From Octopus sinensis (taxonomy: Eukaryota), in the NCBI RefSeq assembly GCF_006345805.1, contig NC_043004.1, forward strand, positions 77,066,001-77,130,000: a DNA stretch of 64,000 nt. Direction: 5' to 3'. Position numbers and translations under genes: made by a program. Positions 12,229 through 24,545 of the stretch are shown in pieces. Numbering within the stretch: position 1 is the stretch's first letter; every line of letters begins with the position of its first letter. The notes under the pieces are model-generated. The model ran no database searches. It worked only from the letters and a program-made list of their open reading frames with translations, and was not told the origin of the DNA.

Positions 12229-12760
12229 ATGTATGTATGTATGTATCATCACTACGAAGCGTAAGGCCTGTAATTTTGGGTGCGGAGTAAGATCTGCGGA
12301 TCTTACGCATGTTGTAAAAAGAATTGAACGAAATGGTCCTATATTATTGTTTTTTAATCATTTTACGTTTCATCCATTGGACTGCGGGTATGATGAGGCA
12401 ATCTTTGAAGAATTATAGTCGAACAAACTCAGCACAGTGCCTGTATTTTTAAGCCTTGTACTTATTCCATCGTTCTCTTTTTGCTTAACCAAGTTACGGG
12501 GACGTATACAAACCAATACTGGTGAGGGACAAACACACGCACACATACACACATACACACACACACACACATATATATATACCGACATCGGTATGTTTAC
12601 GTCCCCGTAACTTAGCGGATCGTCCTAAGACACCGATAGAAAAAATACAAGGCTTTAGAAAAGTAAGTGCTGGGGTCGATTCTCTCGACTAAAATGATTC
12701 AAGGCGGTGTCCCAATATAACTTCAGTTTAATGACAAAAATAAGTAAGCAATATGAGAGG

Positions 12761-12806
<46 letters not shown>

Positions 12807-13118
12807 TGTGTGTGTGAGTGATTGTGACCATTTATTTGCAGTTTTAAAATTTGCTAGTGTTGCTGTTTACGATCAAGACGTTGTCCTACTTCCATGTTAC
12901 CCCTCCTTGCCTCTAACTCCCTTATTTTTCACTATTACCTCTCTCTCTCACTCCCTTTCACTCTCTCCCTAGCTCTCTCTTTCTCTTTCTCTCTCTCCCT
13001 CTCCCTCTTGCTTTTTTTTTATTTTGCCAGCAGTAATGTTAAATTTTACTTACTTTCATTAACGGAATTCCCTTCGAAACACTAGAATTTTATTTTTCAC
13101 TTCAAAATAATTTATTTC

Positions 13119-13496
13119 GAATGGTTGTATACTGTCAATCTAACACGAACGTGACGGCAGTAGGGGGGTACACCACCGCTGTATAGCCCTAGGAAGCATC
13201 GACGCCTCCTGATGGCTTTGACACATTTTTCCCTGTGTCCTTATATACATTTACGAAGGGGAGACAAACACCCCCGGCCGCCAGAGCTGCATCTAGGGAC
13301 ACGTGTTTCAGGATCGTGTCCCTAGATGCAGCTCTGGCGGCCGGGGGTGTTTGTCTCCCCTTCGTAAATGTATATAAGGACACAGGGAAAAATGTGTCAA
13401 AGCCATCAGGAGGCGTCGATGCTTCCTAGGGCTATACAGCGGTGGTGTACCCCACTACTGTCACGTTCATGTTAGATTGACAGTATACAACCATTC
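13119..13496. repeat. 378-bp near-perfect palindrome (arms ~185 bp, 11-nt loop 13304-13314)
   Basis: The arms are reverse complements with a few outer mismatches; the mirrored ORFs 13189- and 13235- confirm this. Confidence 0.97.
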
Positions 13497-13739
13497 TATC
13501 GCCCCACCACCGTACATGTCTCTACGAGAGATTTAGAAATTTAGTATTTCTTATAATTTATTTCATTTTGCAAATATTTTGGACTTATTACAGATTATTA
13601 CTAGTTTCATTTTTGAGTCTGCTATTTCAGTTTAATAAATATGTTCAAGCTTAAACATCAGTCACATCAGTCACATCAGTTTAAGAATGCCATCTTTTTT
13701 GTGACTAAATAAAAGAATAAAGCATACAACGCACGCACA

Positions 13740-13786
<47 letters not shown>

Positions 13787-13827
13787 ATTTTCTGGATTTA
13801 TATTAATATAATAATATTCTTTTGCAG

Positions 13828-13984
13828 CACTGGGAGTGTCGGCTTTTGTTCACTTTGTTTATATATGGTTTGTGTGCCAGCCAAGTGTGGATCCTCGTGG
13901 AAGGATTTTATCTACAAATGTTGATACACAAAACTCTTTTTACTCAACAACGTAGTGTCAAGTTTTACATTATTTTTGGCTGGT
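13828..13984 (+). CDS. Class B1 GPCR exon, TM3-ICL2-TM4 start: HWECRLLFTLFIYGLCASQVWILVEGFYLQMLIHKTLFTQQRSVKFYIIFGW
   Basis: WEC, WxxVEGxYL and GW motifs; ttgcAG / GTAAGT; phase 0-1. Confidence 0.95.
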
Positions 13985-14599
13985 GTAAGTATATTTCTGA
14001 TTCCAGTTAATGTTACTTTATGTTATTTTATTGACGATCTAAATATAAAACTAACGATAACTGTTCTCCTTACAAAAGTTTGGCTCAAACTAATTCAAAT
14101 CAAGCCAAGCGCTTTATCCGTGTGACCAGCTGTCATAACTTTCCAAACAATGTTCTGCTTATTTTCACTGGTCTCATCCCTTTCTAACTGTTGCTAGCTT
14201 TCAATTTAATACTTTTCTTTTTGCATTGATTGAGATTTAAATTGCTAAAATATTAATCTGAACAATGTACCAAATAAGTATTTCAGATAAATATCCGGAT
14301 ATTGGTCGATGTGTGATACTGTACTCTACTTCAGGATATATCGTAACTATATATATGTGTGTGTGTGTGTGTGTGCGTGTGCGTGTGTGTATGTGTGTGT
14401 GTGCGCGCGCGCGTGTGTGTATGTGTGTGCGTGTGTGTATGTGTGTGTGTGCGTGTGTGTATGTGTGTGCGTGCGTGTGTGTATGTGTGTGTGTGTGTGC
14501 GCGTGTGCGTATGTATGTGTGTGTTGTTTAATAACCACAGTGTAAATTGTTATGAGCTTGTAATAGTTTCATGCGATGAAAACGACTCAGACAGCATTT

Positions 14600-17100
14600 T
14601 ATAACACGTCTGGCGCCTTCACGCAGGTTATGCCCACATGGCATAAAAAGTTAAAACAACACGATTGAATAAGATAAAATATGGCAAAAGGCAAGAAAGA
14701 AGTAGATGTAAAAGGTGGAAAAATGGAAACATCGGAAAACAAATGGAAAAGGAAAAAGAAAACGGGGGAGAATTAGAGTTATGTCATCTTTGACCGTAAA
14801 GTCATAACAAGGCTGAATGGATAGGGTCGTGGAGGCTGCCCAATGCAGAGAGGATGGCATTTTCCAATTCACCAACAGGAATTTACCCTTATGTTTACAT
14901 CCGTTGAAAATTCCAGATCTCGAATTCAGCAGTACGGTGGAGTTCATAGATTTGAATAACGTCTGTAATCTTTCAGCTACGCGTAGCGTACATTTTCTTA
15001 TCCGTTGACATATAGTGTGAACTTTTCAACTATTTTCCACTGATATTTGTCTCCTCCTTGTTCACCGAGTAGATGCTGTGCATTTCAACAACCCAACTGC
15101 AGAAAATGAGACCGATACCTGCTATCGTGAGAATAGCCGCTAAGTGTTACTGGTCCACCCTATCGGAAGCTTTTCGTTGATCAGTGTCCATCCTCGCCAG
15201 GTCCTTTACCCACGCTCTCTATGGTATATCGCATGATGTCATGGTTGTCTCCTCAAAATTATTCTTTTTCAGATTTCTAGTGTTCTGACCGTACATGTAC
15301 TCATGTCTCATAAGTAGATAATACCGTGAGAACATACTCAGATAGCTACTTATGATGTGAGTGACATCCTCTGTGTTAATTCCATAAAGGCTGTATCGAT
15401 TATCGGATCTATGTGGTTTACCTACATCACTATTCCTTCTGTGCATCGCGGCTGTTTCCTGGTCCTGTATTGCAAACACGTATTCTTCAAAGTGAGAGCT
15501 AATATCCTGGTCGTTTGTCAAGGATAGACTATTCTGGTTGTCAACATTGCTGTCACGTTGAAAACTTCTGGTACTATTGCCTTGCATAATCTTTTAAGGG
15601 TATCTTCTGGTGACCTGCTGCAGTAGATTTGCGCAACTCTGGCTACACATTGGTCAGGGAATAGTTTTTGAAAAACATTTTTCCAACTTTCATGAACGCA
15701 AGCTTGATTCATGTCAAGACTTTACTGTTTGGTGTTTAATATGTATACTCTAAGGGACATGATCTGATATTCAAAAGCTTCTTGGATTGATGTTAAGCCT
15801 ATACGTCTTGAGAATACCTTTCTGACGTCTATACTCATTGTTCAGCCAACTAGTGGGATATACTTTATTGTTTTATAGATTCACTGGCATGCATTTTGAC
15901 TTTCGCGGCCTTATATTGAAAAGGCGTTTAGTTTTACTATTCTGCGACCTAGGTATGTTCGGATGAGGATCAGTTCGTCCCTTTTTAAGGTTATTACGGT
16001 GTGTTTCTGGGCTCATCCAGTCTCACATCTACTGTGCCATACTTTTTCCGATAATGTTTTAGTGCCTCAAATTCGTCTTAGGCACTTGTCTGCTGCTGAG
16101 TTGCCTGTTAGGTTTTCCAAATTTTTGTTGCAAATGTTTTGTATACCATAGTTCTGCTGAGGTTGGTTTGTTACTGGATGGATTTCGGAATGTTGAGTGT
16201 AACACTTCGTCCAGATCACGCAATAATGCTTACCGCATTTTTTGGCGTTGTGTTAGTGGCGTCGGCAGTGGAATGTGCTGGTGTATAGAAAGGACACTTT
16301 GATGTTTTGTTTTCTGTTCTACGTTCTCATTTTTGTTGTTTTAATGTGGGAAGGCAACATCAAAGCAGTTCTTCCAAACTCTTGTCTCACTCCCCTGATA
16401 GGTGTCATTGTCAAAGAATTAAGATTTACAAAGAACAGATCTGATAGATCTATCTGCCTTTTCAACGACCTTGGTCATTTAACTGCGCGGAGGATTTTCC
16501 TAGATATGTTAGCCAGTCACTATTTTTGTGTCGCATTTACAAACAGAACACTATCAAACTTCATCTCATAACAAGTGATACTCTCAGTTCTCCTACTGGT
16601 ATCTCAACCAGCCCTGCTAGGTTATGAATAGAATGATATTCTTTGGCACAAGAAATGGCTAGAAAGAGACCCAGATCGTTACTCTCATAGACAGCTTCAC
16701 ACATTTCTTAACAGTAAAATCTATATCAATTGATTGATACAGTGATACTATATCCATACTACTTTTGATGTAGTAGATCCAACTAAGCAGTTCATTGGTG
16801 CAATCACAGACATCCCATCGATAATTCAGTCTAGGGGGCTTAAGATCTATAAGAGAAAACATGATATTCCGTGACTGCTGCTATTGTTAGCAACACAGAT
16901 AGGGAGAGTAGGCGGCCCAGTCGGTATAGGTTTTGTGGTTTTGCCGAAAGCCATATACAGGTGGTATTTTATTGATGGTAGTTATAAAATTGTTATCTCT
17001 CTGCCAGTTAACTGTAGGACTTGTGCCACCTTCCCACATGATCATTAATGATCTTTTCATTCTCCTCATAGTCGAATGTGGTCAGCTCGCTCATATCTCT
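14600..17100 (-). mobile_element. Decayed R4/Dong-like non-LTR retrotransposon
   Basis: Peptide EEYVFAIQDQET...EDVTHIISS...RYYLLMRHEY matches the post-RT zinc-knuckle region of REL-endonuclease clades; many stops; boundaries approximate. Confidence 0.6.
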
Positions 17101-17263
17101 GACATGTAGTGGCATGCTCCTGATATAGTTTGTTAGATTATCAACATACAACTGGATTGAGCTATAGGGACGCTTGCAATTTCTTTTTCTTTGATATGTT
17201 TTTGTGTCATAATGTGATTTCCATCTCAGTAAAGTATTTTCCGTAATTTATTTTCTTTTCTGA

Positions 17264-17475
17264 AGCAGCGAGCTGACAGAATCGTTACTATGCCGGACAA
17301 AATGCTTAGCGGCATTTCTTATGGCTTTAGATTCTGGGCTCAAATTCCACCGAGGTCAACTTTACCTTTTATCATTTCGGGGCCGATAAAATAAGCTCCG
17401 GTTGACCACTGGGGTCGATGTAATCGATTTACCTCTCTCCACAAGATTTCTGGCTGTGTGCCTATAGTAGAGAGG
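17264..17475 (+). mobile_element. OK-like SINE (alternative tail)
   Basis: Shared head and body; the tail type is also seen in the 3230 and 32570 copies. Confidence 0.8.
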
Positions 17476-17547
17476 ATTAGTTGTAAAAAAATAACAGAAT
17501 TTCTGCCTTCAGAATTTATGGGCTTTTACTATATATACTGCTGTTGT

Positions 17548-17593
<46 letters not shown>

Positions 17594-18795
17594 GATGACA
17601 TAACTTCTGCTCCTACCCTTATACAGTTTGTGTCTACCTTTCTCCCAATTGTCTCTCATCTTCTTGGCCATGGACTGATAGTTTATCTTCGTTAAAATCA
17701 ATAATTCTTGACTTGCTGAAACTGTACAAGGTCGACAGAGTACTCCACCGAGAGAAGGAAGGAAGGAAGAAAGAAAGGGTATAAGAATTACAACCAAATG
17801 CCAAGTTAAGTGACCAACTATGAGCACTAGGCAATGACACATGAATGTCTGACCTATAATACATGAATTCGTTATATTTATAATACTGACGAAGATTTTG
17901 ACACCGAATAATAGCTGTTTAAGTGACGTGAACAGTTTTAGTGTGTTTTTGAATAGTTAATGTGTCTTACACGCTGTAATTGTTAAAATGAACGCAATTG
18001 CTTATAAACCATTATTTTTAAACAGGAAATTTGCAGATGTCTGTAGAGGATTTAAAAATCAAGAAACCTGCTATTTTTAAATTGGCAGAGAGCTAAGTGG
18101 GAATTATTAATTTCTGTCTCTTGCACAAAACCATAAATTTGTGGGAAAAACCATAATCAAATGTATAAGAAGTATATATATATATATATATATATATACA
18201 TGCTGCATATCTGATTCACCCAGGGAAGATGAATAGCAGATGCAACCACGGCAGAAATTTTAACTTATACTGTAAAAAAAAAAATTACATAGATTAAAAA
18301 AGAGTATAAATATGACTAGACATTGAGTATGGTTTGCTAGCAATAGATCCATCTCGTTGAAATTGTAAGTAGAAAAATATTGATTAGTTATTTATACACA
18401 AGCCACAAGTGTTTAGGGACTGTTAGGAATGAGACTCTGTACCGTTTCTATCACATTGGGGCTGCCAGATGTTTAAATGTAGCAGTTAACTGATAGCAAT
18501 TAGAACTGGTAACAGGGAAACTATTTTGAACATATTCTATGCCGAGTTTGCTTCTTCACTTGACTTTAGCCTAAAATTGGCATGCTGGTTTCAAAACTAC
18601 ACGCAGTTTTCTTCCATCACGTCAAGATTTTTGTTCTACTGTTTACTCTTTGAATAAGCACAATTGTATTATTTATCCATAAGTAATAGGGCTGGTCAGC
18701 TGCTTTTATAATTTTATTCATCACACTGGGGAACATTCTCGAAAATATCTTTCGTTGGCTTGCTTTCTACAATTAGTCCTGCTTAACCTGATGGC

Positions 18796-19980
18796 ACTGG
18801 GTTCAGAAATGCCCTCACAAATTTTCTATCATGCCAATTTGTTTGCTAAACATTAATTCATTTTTTACCAGAAAACGTAATTTTTGTCATTAAATGCAAC
18901 TAACACAAGCCCAAATTGTACTTTTATTGTTGAACAAAAATACACAAAATATTTAATTACACATCTTATGATAGATATTTCTGTCAAACTGGAGATTCAG
19001 CCACTCATGGAATGAGCTTTCTCTTTGCTGCTTTGCATGAATAACTTGCATCATGACATGTCTCTTTGCCGAGACCAGCAGTAATCAGTCATTATCTTGT
19101 GTCCCCCCCCCCGCCTTGATACCTAGTCTTCATAGTCTCGATATTTTTGGTGGAATCTTTCTCTTTGCTCCTCACTTATTGCAATATGATTTTCAAGGAG
19201 GTAATCGAGATGACTGTGCAGGGAATGCACTCTTACACTCATGTTGCGGCCCAGTGCTTGAAGACTGGATAACATAGTCTGCACATATTCGTTCTTTGAT
19301 GATTTCCTGTTTCCAAGGAAATCAGGCACAGCTGCAGCAAAAGCATCTCATGCTTCTTTTTCAACACCAGCCGTGGTCTTCAAAAACTACTCATCCTGCA
19401 ACAACCACCTAAACTGTGGCCCGTTAAACACACCAACATTAATTTGTTCACACCACAAAACTGGAAGCTTTCTGCTTAAGTATCTGAAACAGTCGCCGTC
19501 TCAGTGTTTCTACACGTGTCCCACACTGTCTGAGGTGCTCAGGTACTGTCTTGTCTCTTGTCTTGATCACCTAGTTTCATGTTAAAGTAAGTAAGGTAAG
19601 GTTTCTTCACAAAATCTGCGATTTCTTCCACTGCCTAGGTAAAGTGTAACATCCACAAATATAGCAGAAGACATTGGGAGCTATTTCCACATTTTCTTCT
19701 CTCAATAAAAACATATATTTAATCCTGTTGTCACCGGGGAAAAGCATTTTCAGATTTGTCAAGTTATAAAATAAGCAAATGCAGATTTGTGATGGCATAG
19801 TTCCATAAAGAACATACATACCATGAAGTTCTTTCTGCAGTTCTTTGACTATGCTTGACAAAAAGTGACTTTGACCCATGTGACCTCATAGTTAAAACAT
19901 TAAGGGCACATTCAAAATACTAATTTTCACAAGAAATAGTTAAAGGTTCAAATGATAGTGACATTACATCAAGTACAGCG
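18796..19980 (-). pseudogene. Internally deleted Chapaev3-like (CMC) DNA transposon
   Basis: N-terminal PNVFCYICGCYTLPRQ and C-terminal FLGN...MSVRVHSLHSHLDY...ISEEQRERFHQ motifs. The superfamily assignment is from memory of the family motif. Confidence 0.55.
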
Positions 19981-20042
19981 TGGGCATATCAAATTCCACA
20001 AATATGAGATATTTATGATAAGTGATATTACCATCATCAATA

Positions 20043-20323
20043 TCTATAAATCTGAAATGTGAAAAGTATGTTTGTTTGTAAAAAGAGACGTGGATGTGAG
20101 TGGGCTAGGTTAGAAATCCCGATCTCAAAAGCTGTGGTTACTAGGGCAAAAAACCCACACTTTGACAAGTGTTTGTCGTTTCTCTCTTTCTCTTATCTGC
20201 CTGTCTTCCTCCGTCTCTCTCTCTTTTTCCTCCCTTCCCTTCACTTACTCTCTATAACGACGTTTGGCAGCTTCTACTATCTTTCCCCCGCCGCCTTCAC
20301 CAGCGCTGTCACTCTTTCTCCCA

Positions 20324-20357
<34 letters not shown>

Positions 20358-20727
20358 GTCTGTCTGCATTCATAGAGAGAATTATTATCGCCACCACCAC
20401 CACACAATCATGAGAACAAATATTATAAATTGTCGTTTCTCTCTTTCGCATATCTGCCTCCCTTCATCCGTCTCTCTCTTTTTCCTCCTTTCCCTCCACA
20501 TTCGATCTATAACGATGTTTGACAGCTTCCACTCTCTTTCTTCCGCCACCTTCGCCAGCTCTGTCACTCTTTCTCCCACCCTCTCTCTCTCTCTCCCTCT
20601 CTCTCTCTCTCTTCTCTCTCTCTCTGTGTACTCTTTCAGCATTCATAGAGAGAATTATCATCGCCACCACCACCACCACACAATCATGAGAACAAATATT
20701 ATGATTTAGATATTTATTGGGTTAATG

Positions 20728-20777
<50 letters not shown>

Positions 20778-21710
20778 ATATATAATGCGTACACACACAT
20801 ATATAATGCGTATATATATATAATGTGTGCATTATGTGGTCGGTTGAGCTGAAAATATGCACACCTATGTTAAAAGTGCTGGCGAGTTTGCATGGTAACT
20901 ATTTTTTCCTCAAATGAAAGGCGTGACCTCTAGGACAAAATACCCCATCTTCTAAAATGTGGCCCAAGTAGACCCGAATGAAATCGGGTTATATTAACCA
21001 AAATGTGAAAAGTGGTCTAAATGGGGCTGGAAGGGGATTAAAATTTACAGGAGCGGGTGTTTAGGAATTCTCTGTTACATCAAGCTAAAAAATTTGCGCC
21101 AGCCTTCAAATCGTCAATGTGTTGCCGTCCGTCATGAAGAAGTTTTGAATGCCTGCCATGGTGAGTCTACTGTCGTGAGAAGGAATCACTTCAAAACTTG
21201 GTGTTCAGGAATTTTATTTTACATCAAGTTCAGCCAGCCATTAAACTGCCAGTACGTTGCTGTCCGTCGTTAAGAAATGCCAGCCATGGCGAGTCTACTA
21301 TCCTCAGATTCTATCCCTTCAAACTTCGGTTTCCAATATTTTAAAATTTTTATTCAGCTCGCAATTTCGTCTGTCCCTTTTAAATGTTAGTGTTTTGCTG
21401 TCCGCCTTGAAACAGACCTTTCCGTTGTCACTGCCTGATATTTATGATTGATCTTTCAAAATATTTTCTTTCTCAACTTACTCAAGATCTTTTGTTCTTT
21501 ATAAATGGGAGATAGATAGATAGAGAAAGATAGAGAGTAAGAGAAAGTGAGGGAGAATCCGAGAGAAAAGAAGAGTAAGATGGTGGGAAAGTGAGTGATA
21601 AAGGAGAGTGAAACAAATAGGGAGAATGTGGCGATAAGAAACAGAAAGGAAGCAACAGAAAGTAACAACCACACCCTCACCCGCGCGTAGAGCGGATCAC
21701 CTTCAGCTAG
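20043..21710 (+). mobile_element. Non-autonomous Helitron (1668 bp) with an internal ~255-bp duplication and microsatellites
   Basis: A|TCTATAAA 5' end; hairpin plus CTAG|T 3' end nearly identical to the terminus ending at 301. Confidence 0.75.
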
Positions 21711-22805
21711 TTTAATTGTATAAAGGGCGTTATGTTATCATTATGACATTTAAAACTGGTTAGACTGAAAATAGTGAAAGTTGCTCAAGTTTATTGCCCT
21801 TTATTTACTAAAGAGACTTAAATCATGAACTCTGTTTTCGCTTTTGTAGTTGCATTTGCTTTAAAATGATGTTGAAAAGTTATTTTCAAAGTTATGTCAA
21901 GCGCCATAAATGGGTCTGCATTTAATGGAGCAAAATCTATCCTTAGATACGGTGACAATACCGGAAATGTTGAAAAATAGACATTTGTGTTTGTGATAAA
22001 TTTTGAAATCATAGAGCAAAATGGATTTAACATTCAAAATTAGGGGCCCATAATTACTAGGAAACATGTCTCCAACACCAGACAATAAAAACCATGTTCC
22101 CTACTGTAATATATTAATTGTTGATGGTTTAGTTCAATCGAATAGCTTTACGAACATTTCATAATTTATGAACTACTTTTAAAAATAATGACTGAACTTG
22201 TTTTAATTGTTTTTGCTTTGCTTTTGAGTTTTGTTTACTGATAGAAAATCTTGAAAATTAAAGGCCAAGTTGGTACATTAGCACCCAAACTTGCCTGTCA
22301 AATTAGATCTGTTACATAGTTAGCAGCATGAACGAATCAAACAAAATCTTTTAATTCCTTAAGGCCTGTATGGAGTTTAACCCGACCCTGGTTACAAGAA
22401 TCAGATTTGGCTGAATAGATAGCAAACAAGACCGTCAGCCAATGGCTGTTCAGATCTTCTCTTTGATGCATTGCTATCACCTCCGGCTACAACTCTCAAT
22501 TTCTCTCTATAATGACGTTTGACAGCTTCTACTATCTTTCCCCCGCCGCCTTCGCCAGCGCTGTCACTCTTTCTCCCACATTCTCTCTCTCTCTCTCTCT
22601 CTCTCTATCCCTCTCTCTCTCTCTCTCTTGCACTCTTCTTCATTATAAGTCATTCGTGAGTGAAGTCACAGGTAATTGTTACAGGTTTGCAAGTCAACTA
22701 TAACCTTCACGAATACAACACTGCTTGTTCCTCTAAATAACGAAGTCAATGTCTTCAATGTTATCTCAAATACTGTATTACTGCGCTAAAAGGTCAGATC
22801 TCTAT

Positions 22806-23162
22806 TATTATCTCCGTCTTAGCGAAGGCGGAGGTGTTGTTTTCAGTCATATTTCTTTGTTTGTTTGTGGACAAGATATCTCAAGAACCGCTGGATGGAT
22901 TCGGATGAAACTTTCGGTGATGTTTGGCCTCATGATTGGCACGAACTGATTAGATTCTGATTCGATCCGGTACCGGACAAGGATTCTGGGTTTTTTTCAC
23001 TTAATTTTTGAGGGCAGTCGGGTTCATTTTTAGTATTTTCGTTTGTGAGAGCAGTCGAGTTTATTTAAGATATCCTCATTTTAAAAATCATCTCCGGCTA
23101 ATCGTTAAGGGGACGTTGGCGTTGCCTTGGCGTAGGTTTGCGCTCTCTGAATGCTCTTGTTT
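22806..23162 (+). mobile_element. Helentron/DINE-like (HINE) non-autonomous element
   Basis: 5' TTATCTCCGTC...GGCGGAGG hairpin, GTTT-rich segment, 3' CCTTGGCGTAGGTTTGCGCTCTCTGAATGCTC; second copy at 54203. Confidence 0.65.
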
Positions 23163-23819
23163 TCCATGTCACAACTTCAAATATACGAATCTTCGGTAAT
23201 AATCCGAAAACTCACTCAGAAATTTTAATCTCACAAAATGTTTTTAAGAGTTTCTATTTTCCAAAAATACCATTTCTAAAGAATCGGCGCCATTTATCTT
23301 TCTTTTTACATGAAGGAATTCTAACACTGTTATATAACACTCTGTTAAATAAGCACATACATTTATATAATATTGCTCTGTAATTATCAGCTGTTACTCT
23401 TATTATCTCTGTAGGAGATCTCAGCGTGAGCCGATGCCAACACACAAGACCTCACTGTATAAGCTACTAATGAAATACTTTTCGCGTATTTTTCTTCTTT
23501 TTTTTACATAAATTTGTAATACTTTTTAATGAATTTTTAAGATTGCTTGGAAGAATTTGGTTACAGTTTTTAAATACTAATTTAGAGAAGTAATTTACAT
23601 AAATTCTCCTTCTACATTTTTACTTTTCACATGTTTCAGTCACTGGACTGCGGCCGTGCTGGGGCAAAGCCTTGAAGAAGTTTTAGTCGAACTACTCGAC
23701 CCCAGCACTTTTTTAATACCTGGCATTATTCTATCGAGGTCTTTTGCCGAACTGATAAGTTACAGGGACGTAAACAAACCAAGCGGCCGTGTGGGACAAA
23801 CACACACACACATATCACC

Positions 23820-24545
23820 ATTGCTGAAAGAGAACTGAAGCCAGTATAGCAGTTCACTTACCTTGGATGTACCATTTTATCAGATGCGAAGACTGTATAA
23901 ATGTGTGTGGAACCAGAAGCATCTTAATATCAGCACAAATGTCATCATCTACGGGGCCGTCGCTCGCACGACGATCCTAGATGGCGCTGAGTCCTACTGC
24001 TGTCATACCAGGCTCCTTGGACGTTTTCACCAACACTGCAACATTTACTGGAACGACTACATCACCAACATTGAGGTCTCGAGCGAGCAAAGGTCACCAG
24101 CCTGGAAGCCATTTTACTTGAGACACGACTGTGTTGGGCAGGATGAAAGACTGCAACCTACCAAGATCATCATGTACGGTGAGCTCACCACTGGCCTCCG
24201 CAACAAGGGGGGCACCAAGGAAGTGTTACAAGGACTGTCTGAAGCAGTTCCTTAGCGTTTGTGACATTGATTATCGTGAGTGTTCCACTCTAACAACTGA
24301 CCGCATTACTTGGCGCCATACCATCAGTGATGTTGTTTCTTCCTTTAAGATTTCTAGCAGTGCCTCTCTTGAAGACAAACCTCAGTGGCGAAAAATAATG
24401 TAGCTGTATCATCAGACACTGAACAACCATACCCCTGTCATCAGTTCAATCATACCCCTGTCATCCCACATCGGCCTTATCAGCCACGAACCAGCGTGCA
24501 GTGGACGTGGACAACAGCCTTCCTAATCTTCGTCAGCGAAGCGAT
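23820..24545 (+). mobile_element. RTE (BovB-like) LINE 3' fragment
   Basis: LYKCVWNQKHLNISTNVIIYGAV...RFHQ...ITNIEV...IMYGELTTGLRNKGG matches the RTE RT C-terminus; frameshifted. Confidence 0.8.

Noticed and set aside
13189-13429. Twin 64-aa ORFs on opposite strands
   Set aside because: A by-product of the palindrome.
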